DNA from: a virus
IMG/VR virus record: IMGVR_UViG_3300036652_000269
Location: 1 to 64,000 of that record
Strand: one strand, 5' to 3'
Length of the DNA stretch: 64,000 nucleotides
Shown here: positions 27,388 to 35,875 of the stretch, piece by piece
Numbering within the stretch: the first letter of the stretch is position 1
Layout: each line of letters opens with the position of its first letter
Notes under the pieces: model-generated
Databases searched by the model: none
What the model saw: only the letters and a program-made list of their open reading frames with translations
Told to the model about the DNA's origin: nothing
Translations under genes and position numbers: made by a program

Positions 27388-27795
27388 CTACTGGAACGCC
27401 CCGATAGCGAACACGAGGTCCCAGCGTGCTTCGTTCCCAGCGGATGCGTCAGCCTCGGGTTCGGTGAGGCCGACGAGTAATGCGTTGGGGTAGACCGTGG
27501 GTGTTCCGGACGCCACCATGTCCCGGTCTGCGGGTTGCACGGTGATAGTCGCGGTGAAGACGCCCACCTGGTTCCGCAGACTGGCCAGGACACCATCGTC
27601 CCGAGCCGGGTCATACGGCTTGGACACGGTGATGTCTGCTGCCTCCGGGGGACCTGCAATCAGGTCTGGGTGCAACGCACCACCGTCGTACACCTTGTTG
27701 ACGGCGGATGTGACGTTGCCGCCCTGCTTGGTCCCGAAGTACCCGTCGATGCCGGACACCGAGACCAAGAACTGCCTTCTGCTGGCCTTGGCCAT
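27388..27795 (-). CDS. tail tube protein
   Basis: 135 aa directly after the sheath gene; GGGAGG RBS. Confidence 0.8.
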   Translation of the reverse strand: MAKASRRQFLVSVSGIDGYFGTKQGGNVTSAVNKVYDGGALHPDLIAGPPEAADITVSKPYDPARDDGVLASLRNQVGVFTATITVQPADRDMVASGTPTVYPNALLVGLTEPEADASAGNEARWDLVFAIGAFQ

Positions 27796-27842
27796 TTGCC
27801 GAACCTCCCTGCTTCCTTCTTGGTCTTACTTCGGTGCCGGAG

Positions 27843-29303
27843 CTACATGCCCGACGAGAACCCGACCTTGGTGATGTTGACGTTGATGGTTGCACCGGTC
27901 GGACTGACACGCACGGAAAGCCGTGCGTTCACCTGGTTGTTGCCCAGGCTGATGACCGAGTTGACGGACGGACCCGTGTCCACCTTGTAGCCGGGGTCCA
28001 CCAACCTGCCGTTGCTGTCGTACATCGCGTACAGCCCACCCGCGTCGGCCAACGGCTTGGCGATACCGATCAGGCTGCCCGCCACCTTCGAGAGCAGCTG
28101 GCCTTTCGCATCGATAGGTGCGAAGACGTACTGTTCGAGTTCCGCGACTGCCTGGACGGCCAGGTCGTTCAGCACATCTCGGGCAGACAAGAACTGGTAG
28201 TTGATGGCGTCACCGGAAAGCGAACGCCAGCCGTACAACCGGATGCTGTTGGCGATGCGACGGATGACGCTGACACCAGCCCCGTCCAAGGAGTTGCCAG
28301 TGGTGCTGTCGTAGTACGTGGTCAGGCCGGTGATCGTGTCTGCCACCGCGATCTGGCCAGCCGGTGCACGCCACGGACCAGCGGCGTCGATGGCACGGGC
28401 CCGAACAGCTGCCACGTAGCCCTCGGGCGGGATGGTGTAGATACCCAACCCGCCATCGCTGACCTGCACCCAGGGGGCGAACAAACCGGCGTACTCGGCG
28501 TTGGCCACTGCCGTGACAGCAGCGGCCGCGGTGGTCAGGTCGGACTGGGTTGCCGCCGACGTGTGCGACAGCAAGGCGATCCGGTTGTTGGCCGCTGCGT
28601 GGGTGACGAGACCTGCGTGCACTGCCGTGCCCATGCCGGGGATGGCCACTGCACCATCACCCAGGTCCGGGGTGAACAACGCCAGTGCGGCGGTGTAGTC
28701 GGAAGCGGTCAAGTCAGCACGGTCATCCGTACCGGCACTGAGGCTGAACGTTCCGGTAGCCGGAAGGTTGGCCGGTGCAGCGGTCGCACTGCCCATGTCC
28801 GTCATGGCCACCAGGGAGCTGTTCTGGAACGCGGTCACGATGGCAGCCGGGGTAGCCAGGTTGTCGAAGTATTCGACAACTGAGTTGTCCGCCAGTGCCA
28901 CCGTCACCTTCACCGTGTTGGCGATGGTACCCGCTGCAACTGTCACCTTGACATGGCTGGACCAGGAACCGGCGGACAGGGCGTCCACCTTGACGGTCGC
29001 TGCGGGTGCACCACCCGTGTCGTCCAGAGTCACCGTGCCCTTGGTGGCCGTGCTGCCGACGACACGTGCGACGTAGCACTGCACGCCGCCTTCATCGAAG
29101 TACAGCTTCACGGTGTCGTACAGGTAGCCGTAGGACTGACGAGTGCCGAAATACTTGGCGTAATCGGCCATCCCCGACAGCAACACTGCCTTGGTCGTTA
29201 GGCCACGTTCGGCCATTCCGACAACGAAGAGTTGGCCAGAAGCAGCCCGGAGAGGCGTGCTCGGGCCACTCCGCGCTGCCGTGGTCACACTTGTGCCTGG
29301 CAT
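27843..29303 (-). CDS. tail sheath protein
   Basis: PPEGYVAAVRA..GPWRAPAG; IRLYGWRSL; LEQYVFAPID. Confidence 0.93.
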   Translation of the reverse strand: MPGTSVTTAARSGPSTPLRAASGQLFVVGMAERGLTTKAVLLSGMADYAKYFGTRQSYGYLYDTVKLYFDEGGVQCYVARVVGSTATKGTVTLDDTGGAPAATVKVDALSAGSWSSHVKVTVAAGTIANTVKVTVALADNSVVEYFDNLATPAAIVTAFQNSSLVAMTDMGSATAAPANLPATGTFSLSAGTDDRADLTASDYTAALALFTPDLGDGAVAIPGMGTAVHAGLVTHAAANNRIALLSHTSAATQSDLTTAAAAVTAVANAEYAGLFAPWVQVSDGGLGIYTIPPEGYVAAVRARAIDAAGPWRAPAGQIAVADTITGLTTYYDSTTGNSLDGAGVSVIRRIANSIRLYGWRSLSGDAINYQFLSARDVLNDLAVQAVAELEQYVFAPIDAKGQLLSKVAGSLIGIAKPLADAGGLYAMYDSNGRLVDPGYKVDTGPSVNSVISLGNNQVNARLSVRVSPTGATINVNITKVGFSSGM

Positions 29304-29343
29304 GGGAGCACCTTCCTGCTAGCGGACCCGGACTGGTCCTGGG

Positions 29344-29637
29344 TTATGACGATGACTTGCTGGTGGCAGCACTAGTATCCATGGTCTTGGTGCCTGCCGT
29401 CTTGCTCTCGGTGGCTTTCGGCGCGGCGGTAGGTGCCGGTGCCGGTGTGGGTGTTTCTTCCGCGACCTGTTGCTGAAGCAGAAGACCGTTGTCGATGAGG
29501 CTTTTCACCTCATCGTCCAGTTCGACGGTGGCCTTGCTGTGGGCTTCCACCATGGCGAACTGACTGTCGATGACCAGTGCGTAACTGGCCGGGTTGAAGA
29601 CCTGGACTTTCACGTGGCCGCTCCTGTTGGTTGTCAC
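29344..29637 (-). CDS. small protein upstream of the sheath gene
   Basis: 97 aa ORF coupled to the upstream gene. Confidence 0.65.
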   Translation of the reverse strand: MTTNRSGHVKVQVFNPASYALVIDSQFAMVEAHSKATVELDDEVKSLIDNGLLLQQQVAEETPTPAPAPTAAPKATESKTAGTKTMDTSAATSKSSS

Positions 29638-30272
29638 AACGTTGTCGAATCGACAGCGATGGTGTTTGCTACGCCGTACCCGGTCCGTACCATGCTTTCA
29701 TCGACCTTCAGCTTGAAAGAATGTGATACGGCAGCAGCCCAGACATTGCCACGTTCCAGCTTGGTGGCATCGCTGTACCTCTCGTTGAAGGTTTCTTCCA
29801 TCACCAACAACGCATCGGGTTGGCCCAACGTCAGCCTGTCAAGAAGACAGTTCCTGACCACTGCACCGATGTCATCCCGAAGCTGCATGGCGGCAGCCTG
29901 CTCGGTGGACTGTTCGGCCACGATGTCGTTGACGACCTGGATTTCCAACCCGGTGTCGGTGGCCGGTGTCTTGACGATAGTCACGATCATCACGTCGTAC
30001 CGGTCTTCGTACTGTTCACCCATCAGGTCGTCGTAGTCCACCCGCAGCAACTGGTCCATCCCGCTAACACTGATGTCGATGCTGGGCATCAGGCCGGACA
30101 GTTCACGCTCGTAGGTGCGGATGACTTCCGGGTACGGCAGCTGGTCGGCAGTCAGACCCCAGGCTGCCCGGCACTTGGTGAACATGGCAGGCAGAGCGCT
30201 GTCGAAGTAATCGGCGATGGCGTGACGGACAGTCGTGGCCCCACGGAAGACTGTCGCATTGATATTCGTCAT
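29634..30272 (-). CDS. tail completion/terminator-like protein
   Basis: Synteny only. Confidence 0.55.
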   Translation of the reverse strand: MTNINATVFRGATTVRHAIADYFDSALPAMFTKCRAAWGLTADQLPYPEVIRTYERELSGLMPSIDISVSGMDQLLRVDYDDLMGEQYEDRYDVMIVTIVKTPATDTGLEIQVVNDIVAEQSTEQAAAMQLRDDIGAVVRNCLLDRLTLGQPDALLVMEETFNERYSDATKLERGNVWAAAVSHSFKLKVDESMVRTGYGVANTIAVDSTTL

Positions 30273-30766
30273 TCCGCTACGTCCTTTCCTTGTCTACCCA
30301 TCAAGTAGTTGGCGATGATCTGCCTGATGTGGACAGACATATCAGGGGTGAGCACAAGGATCGGCCGGGCTGGGTTGACCTGCTTGCCGTGCCGGTGGGT
30401 ACCGCCGTGGTGGAAGACGGCCAATCTGTCCGAGCTACCGTATTCGGCTTCGTGGCCCATGTACCGTTCGATGTCCATCGGGCGGGACGTGAACGAACGC
30501 ATCATGTCGCCGTTGAAGCGAAGTATCTTGTTGATACCTCCGTGCGCCAGCTTCCAGGTCTTGTATTTCGGTGTCAGTGGTTTCCACGGTTCACCGAAGT
30601 AGGCACCTTCACTGACGAACTGCTTGCGCACTTCCGACGACAGGTAGGAACCCACCTTCCGCCATGCTGGCTCAGGGCTCCGGGATCGCTTCTTGATGGC
30701 GTTCATCCGACGACGCAGGTTCTTCATGCTCTCGTCGCTGACTTTCAAAATGAGACCTTCGGCCAT
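30269..30766 (-). CDS. phage virion morphogenesis (neck) protein, P2 gpS/Mu gpG-like
   Basis: WKPL.PKY...IL...G.M..S...YGS...HHGG...PARPIL. Confidence 0.8.
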   Translation of the reverse strand: MAEGLILKVSDESMKNLRRRMNAIKKRSRSPEPAWRKVGSYLSSEVRKQFVSEGAYFGEPWKPLTPKYKTWKLAHGGINKILRFNGDMMRSFTSRPMDIERYMGHEAEYGSSDRLAVFHHGGTHRHGKQVNPARPILVLTPDMSVHIRQIIANYLMGRQGKDVAE

Positions 30767-31398
30767 CAGACAGCAACCCTGCGCTTCAATCGCTTCAGGT
30801 TGGCCAGTTCGGCGGGCTGCCAGCCGGTAGGACGCTTGTCCGATGCAGCAGCTGTCTCGGTGACAGTTGACTTCCGGCCCACGTTGTCGTCCAGGATCGG
30901 TTCGATGTCACGGGCAGCCACCCGCTTGATGGCCATCTTCAGTGCTTCGTCGGTGTAGCCCTTGTAGCCACCGATGTACTCCATCGAGACCCACTGGTTG
31001 GGCCAGCCCGCGAAGTATTGATTACCTTGCCTGACATTCTGAAAGAATGTCACATTGACAGCGCCACCCGTCAGCAGGTCAAGGGTCGGTCGGTTGGCGA
31101 CGGAATCCGCGGTGAGTGCAGGCGGGGTGACTTCGTACTGGTACCAGGGGATCAGCCCCGGCAGCGTTTCCGGCGTGACGTTGTAAACCTGCCAGACGGG
31201 CGCTGCCAAGGGGCTGACCAATCCCCGGCTATCGGACAGCAGGGACTCTCGAACGTGGATGACTTCGACCGGACGATTCAGCTTCACTTCCAGTTCCGAC
31301 TGAACGCCAGCCAGAATCTCGATGATGGCCTGCCGTTGCGAATCGGTGCAACGGGTCTGGCCCATGTAGCGCATCATTTCGTCCAGCGAAACTAGCAT
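30766..31398 (-). CDS. head-tail adaptor/connector
   Basis: MLVSLDEM..Y start; YIGGY; position in the neck module. Confidence 0.7.
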   Translation of the reverse strand: MLVSLDEMMRYMGQTRCTDSQRQAIIEILAGVQSELEVKLNRPVEVIHVRESLLSDSRGLVSPLAAPVWQVYNVTPETLPGLIPWYQYEVTPPALTADSVANRPTLDLLTGGAVNVTFFQNVRQGNQYFAGWPNQWVSMEYIGGYKGYTDEALKMAIKRVAARDIEPILDDNVGRKSTVTETAAASDKRPTGWQPAELANLKRLKRRVAV

Positions 31399-31419
31399 TT
31401 CGACAGTCCCCTTGGGTTC

Positions 31420-31920
31420 TTAGCTCTGCTTCACCAGCAGCGAACGGGGGATCGTGGCCCCTGCCCGGTACAGCAACACGTAGGTGGGGCGCTTCGAACG
31501 ACGGGGGAAGACCTCGCGGTAGACATCCCGGTCCGGGATCACTCCACCATTGACTTCGTGGCCTTCGACCTGCACCGGTTCCCCGGCCCGGATGATGATG
31601 CCGTCCGGTTCCGTCGTCCGCTCCTGGAAGGCCCGTGTACGCCCCGCAGAGCCTCTGGGGACCGTCGCGGGGTCGTCGGATGCATCAGGGGGCAGGTTCG
31701 GGTCCGTACGGGGGTCTGACGGCTTTTCGTCGCCATCCCCGGCCGTGTCGCCCCCGGTGGTGTCGTTCTGCTCGTCCTGCTCAGCCGGATCGGTGTCGTC
31801 CTGGGTGTCACCGTCTGTGGCACCATCGCTTGTCGTATCGACAAGTGTTTCGTTGTCGTTGTCGTCCAGACCTGGGGGCAGCGATTCGCCAGCCACCTGG
31901 TTGGGTCGGTTGCGAGCCAT
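31420..31920 (-). CDS. hypothetical protein with acidic N-terminal half
   Basis: ATG at 31920 after AGGAG RBS. Confidence 0.65.
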   Translation of the reverse strand: MARNRPNQVAGESLPPGLDDNDNETLVDTTSDGATDGDTQDDTDPAEQDEQNDTTGGDTAGDGDEKPSDPRTDPNLPPDASDDPATVPRGSAGRTRAFQERTTEPDGIIIRAGEPVQVEGHEVNGGVIPDRDVYREVFPRRSKRPTYVLLYRAGATIPRSLLVKQS

Positions 31921-31930
31921 CAATCCACTC

Positions 31931-32098
31931 CTACTGGGTACACGTGCCGGATGGGGCACCACACAACGGGCACGTGTCCGCTGTAGGTGGCAGAACGTAC
32001 TGGCCAACACCTTGCATGGCCCATTCTTCACCAACAAGGTGATTGCCGGTCTCACGAGTCGGTGCTGGCGTCAGGATGAAGACTTCGGGCTCAGCCAT
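31931..32098 (-). CDS. 55-aa Zn-ribbon peptide (CPLCGAPSGTC)
   Basis: Translated by hand; AGAAAG upstream; fills the gap after the capsid hairpin. Confidence 0.6.
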   Translation of the reverse strand: MAEPEVFILTPAPTRETGNHLVGEEWAMQGVGQYVLPPTADTCPLCGAPSGTCTQ

Positions 32099-32120
32099 GA
32101 GACTTTCTTTCTGATGGGCC

Positions 32121-32161
32121 GAAGCCCCGTGCCCCAGTATCGCTACCGGAACACGGGGCTT
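32121..32161 (-). terminator. hairpin downstream of the major capsid gene
   Basis: AAGCCCCGTG...CACGGGGCTT inverted repeat. Confidence 0.6.
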
Positions 32162-32190
32162 GGCGGTTGGTGCTAAGGATCGGCTGTCGG

Positions 32191-33540
32191 TTAGAACGTG
32201 CCGACGACGAAGGACTCCGGACGCTTGACGGCGAGGGCAATACGCTCTTCGACCAGCACCGCGATGGCGTTGCGGACGAAGAAGTCGGCGTGCTGCTCTG
32301 CGATCCGGACGTTGGCCTGCTCGCGGTCGTAGACCTGAGCGCCCAGACCGAACGCACCGGTAAGCCAGGTGCCTTCGTTCATGGCCGGGGTCTCAACAAC
32401 GGGCTGACGCCAGACCTGCGCCTGGGCACCGATGGCGATGTTGGTGAACAGCATGTACTGGCCGTCACCGCCGTTGGTCGTGGTGCCCTTCTGAAGCTCG
32501 ATGTCCTCCCAGTCGAACGGGTGGAGCACGAAGCCGGTGCCGGGGTAGTTGGCGATGACCGACAACGTGGCCGACCGGCGAAGGGCGTCCGACTTCAGGT
32601 CCCCGGCTGCACGGGTGTAGACCTGCACGCCAGGCGTGTTCAGCAGACCCAGCAGGTTGTTGCCGGTGCCGTCACCGTTGAGCAGCTGGTCGTCCTCTTC
32701 GAGCGCGAGGCCGTACAGCAACTCGTTGTTGATGATGGACTGCAACTGCGGCACGTCGCTGATGACGTTGCGGTGGGCCGCTTCCCAGTGCGCGATGGTG
32801 CGGACCGGGGCCTGCGCAGTGTCGAACTGAAGGCTGGACTTCGGCTTGGGGCCGAAGACAGCGACCGAGTTCTCGACGGCACGGTCAGCGACGGCCTGGG
32901 CGTTGCCGTTGCCGTTGTTCTCCGCGAACCCGATGACCCGGAAGAAGTCGATCAGGTTGGCCGACGTGGTGGCGACCGGGAAGAGGTCACGCACCCGGTA
33001 GGTGCGCTGGCCACGCGGGACGATGGGGTCGAACTGGATCGGGCCCCAGCCCTGCGGGTTCACCGTGTCCGGGACCATCTGCCCGAACACGTCCTTGGTG
33101 CCGTAGCCACCGTTGCCGATGATCCGGCCGTCGATGTCGAACGGAGCGTCCATGCTGGTTTTGCCGGCCTTGACCATGGCGTTGAACTGCTCGGACTCGG
33201 TGAACATCTGGCCGAACGACTTGCGCTGCTGCGGGACGTACAGCCGCTGTGACTGGGTACCGGCACTGGAAGCAGCTGCGGCCATGGCAGCACTGAAGCC
33301 CTCGGGCTCGGCACCGTACTTCTTGACTTCTTCGGTCAGCCGCTTCATGGCGATGAGCGACTTGATCTCCGTGCACTTGTCGTACGCGGCCTTGATCTGG
33401 TCGGCAGTGTCGCGGGAAAGCTCGACGTTCGCGCCATCGACCTTGACGCCCTTCGCCATGCCTTCTTCCACGATCTTCGCGTTCTGGGTCAGCGCGGACT
33501 CAAGGTCCTTGACGCTGATGTCAGCGAGGTCGGTGCTCAC
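32191..33540 (-). CDS. major capsid protein (HK97 fold)
   Basis: VRDLF; KPKSSLQF; EEDDQLLNGDGTGNNLLGLL; FVRN...EERIALAVKRPESFV. Confidence 0.95.
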   Translation of the reverse strand: MSTDLADISVKDLESALTQNAKIVEEGMAKGVKVDGANVELSRDTADQIKAAYDKCTEIKSLIAMKRLTEEVKKYGAEPEGFSAAMAAAASSAGTQSQRLYVPQQRKSFGQMFTESEQFNAMVKAGKTSMDAPFDIDGRIIGNGGYGTKDVFGQMVPDTVNPQGWGPIQFDPIVPRGQRTYRVRDLFPVATTSANLIDFFRVIGFAENNGNGNAQAVADRAVENSVAVFGPKPKSSLQFDTAQAPVRTIAHWEAAHRNVISDVPQLQSIINNELLYGLALEEDDQLLNGDGTGNNLLGLLNTPGVQVYTRAAGDLKSDALRRSATLSVIANYPGTGFVLHPFDWEDIELQKGTTTNGGDGQYMLFTNIAIGAQAQVWRQPVVETPAMNEGTWLTGAFGLGAQVYDREQANVRIAEQHADFFVRNAIAVLVEERIALAVKRPESFVVGTF

Positions 33541-33655
33541 GGGTCTGTCCTTTCTGAATGTCTGAATGATACTTCCGGGATGACTGTTCAGGTGGTGAAG
33601 AGTCCGGTAAGCACCGTGACACCTCGTTGCCCATCAGTGTGACACATTGCAAAGC

Positions 33656-35818
33656 CTATTCCAACGACACACCCAACGAGGCCAGGTCGAAGGACTTGGT
33701 GTCGATGACAACCCGATCCGACTTGCCTTCGGTGTCATCGTCGCTGCCGCCGTCCATCCAGTCTTCGGGCAGCTTGCTTGTCAGATTGAGATCTTTGGCG
33801 CGCTTGATGATGAACTGCTTGGCAGCTTCTTCGTCACTGGCACGACCGATGGACTGGATGGCGTTGTCCAGGTCGTCTTCGTTCTCGATGGGGAAGCTGA
33901 AGCTGCCGTCCGGGTTCTTCAGGGCGTGACCCTGCTTGCCCAGTTCTTCCCGCTTGGCAGTCGTGAACTGCCGCTTGATCTGGTAATCGATGTCGTAGTC
34001 CTTGACGGCCACTGTGTTCTCCCATGCCTTCGAGTCGGGAACCTTGTGCATGGCCTCCATGCGGGCCACGAAGTCAGCACTGCTTTGCTTGATGGTGTTT
34101 GTCTTTCCGATACGTGCGATCCGCCGCTTCTTGTCCACGTTCCGGGCCTGACGCATCGCGGCCCAGTGCTGCGATCCCTGGTGTCGCATCGATGCGTAGA
34201 TGTGTGCACTGTTCGGGTGCAACGTGGACACGTCCAACGTCTGCTTGGGAGTGAGCTTCAGCACGCCGTAGTTAATGCCCTGGGTCGGGTGCCCGACCAG
34301 ACGCCCGTACTTGGCCACACCGGCTTCGGTACGCACCATGGCTTTCGATTCGACAACCATGTTGGGCGACCACGACTTGGCCGATTCACCGGACATGTCA
34401 ATGTCACCACCCGACTCGCCTGCCTCGGGGTCCTGGTTGTCGTCCGCCTGGTCGATGGCCTTGGCGATGGCCTGTGCCACACCCTTCAGGGCATCACTGC
34501 CGTCACCGGTTGCGCTGTCGATAGCCGCGTCGATGGCGTCCAGGATGTTGTCTGCCGCCTTTTCGATGGCTTCGGGGTCGTCACCGATGATGGCGTGGTC
34601 GAAGTTCTGTGCCATCGGTGCCAGCTGGTGCAGGACGTCGGGTTCGATGTCATCTTGATACCCGTCAAGCACCTGCACGATGCTGACCGGCTCGTTGTCA
34701 GCCGATTCGTCGTCGTCCCCGGTGCCACTGTCTGCGCTGTCCGCTTCCCCGGCCTTTTCACGAGCATCGTTGCTGGCGTCTTCCAGCGGGTCACGCGGCT
34801 GCGGTGGCGGGTTGAAAGGGTTGGACGGCATCGGCAACGATGACCCACCCGTAGGGCCAGCAGGGGCAGCCTTTTCGCTGATGGTGTCTTCGTTCATCGG
34901 GTCCTTGGGCCCGTTCGGGTTCTTGCGAGGCTCTTCACCCGTCATCGCGTACAGCAGTTCCCCGATGGCGTCCTGCACCTTGCGCACCAGGTCCAGGTTG
35001 GACGCACTGATGCTGAACACGCCATCACCCTGCGGGTACTCGTCCGGGGTTTCCAACGCCTTGTGTTCGCTGTCGTCTTCGTCATCGAACAGTTCGCCGT
35101 CTTCGTCGCCTTCCCCTTCGCCGGTCCCGTCATCGTCGTCCGTGATGTCGGTACCTTCGTGGGTCTCGGCTTCGTCTTCGGCTTCGTCGTCGTCAGTGTC
35201 GTCGGGCACCTTGGTGGCCGACATCGCTTTGACTTCCTGCATGAAGGCATCGGGAGTGGTCCCGAAGAAGTCCTTGAACTGGACCCAGGCTTCCTGTGCC
35301 GACTTCACCGATTCGGTACGGGCAGCTGACATGGCACCGAACAGCACCGGGCTGTACTCGAACAGGTCGAGGTAGTCGATGGTACGGATGCCCTTTTCCT
35401 GGGTGGCCCCACCGACCGGGACGTTGTAGCCGATGGACCACTCCTGCTGGTCCCCGAAGAACTTCACGTCTTCGTAGGCTTCCCGGCCCCGCTGTGTGTT
35501 CAGGTTGAACTGCATCTTGACCTGAAGGGCACCGGCAGCCTTGGGCCACGGTGAACCATCCGGCAGAGTCGTTGGCAGTGCAGGATCGCCAGGCATCAGT
35601 TCCTTGATTTCCAAGGTCTTACTGATGCTCTTCTCCCACGAGTGGTGCCAGACGCCCTTGGGAATGCGCTTCTGCAACGTCTTGGTGTACGCACCAGGCT
35701 TGATGATGTCGGACACGTTGTCCACGATGCCTGTCACACTGACAAGCGCAGTGACCACACCCGCGCCGTCGTCTGCTTTGACGCCGGTAACACCTACCGA
35801 CTTGTACTGAAGCTCCAT
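33656..35818 (-). CDS. HK97-family prohead protease fused to a long acidic scaffold and extra domains
   Basis: DIIKPGAY..TL, WHH, WSIGY, LFEYSPVLFGA; C-terminal PDGSFSFPIEN.DDL.NAI..IGRA domain. Confidence 0.9.
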   Translation of the reverse strand: MELQYKSVGVTGVKADDGAGVVTALVSVTGIVDNVSDIIKPGAYTKTLQKRIPKGVWHHSWEKSISKTLEIKELMPGDPALPTTLPDGSPWPKAAGALQVKMQFNLNTQRGREAYEDVKFFGDQQEWSIGYNVPVGGATQEKGIRTIDYLDLFEYSPVLFGAMSAARTESVKSAQEAWVQFKDFFGTTPDAFMQEVKAMSATKVPDDTDDDEAEDEAETHEGTDITDDDDGTGEGEGDEDGELFDDEDDSEHKALETPDEYPQGDGVFSISASNLDLVRKVQDAIGELLYAMTGEEPRKNPNGPKDPMNEDTISEKAAPAGPTGGSSLPMPSNPFNPPPQPRDPLEDASNDAREKAGEADSADSGTGDDDESADNEPVSIVQVLDGYQDDIEPDVLHQLAPMAQNFDHAIIGDDPEAIEKAADNILDAIDAAIDSATGDGSDALKGVAQAIAKAIDQADDNQDPEAGESGGDIDMSGESAKSWSPNMVVESKAMVRTEAGVAKYGRLVGHPTQGINYGVLKLTPKQTLDVSTLHPNSAHIYASMRHQGSQHWAAMRQARNVDKKRRIARIGKTNTIKQSSADFVARMEAMHKVPDSKAWENTVAVKDYDIDYQIKRQFTTAKREELGKQGHALKNPDGSFSFPIENEDDLDNAIQSIGRASDEEAAKQFIIKRAKDLNLTSKLPEDWMDGGSDDDTEGKSDRVVIDTKSFDLASLGVSLE

Positions 35819-35875
35819 GTCAGCCTGTCCTTCTGTGTGTGGTCGCTCTCGGCAGGATAGCCGACTGACGACTGG

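Noticed and set aside
13555-31398. Bacterial contractile injection system or tailocin rather than phage
   Set aside because: Capsid, portal, protease, terminase and replication genes are all present
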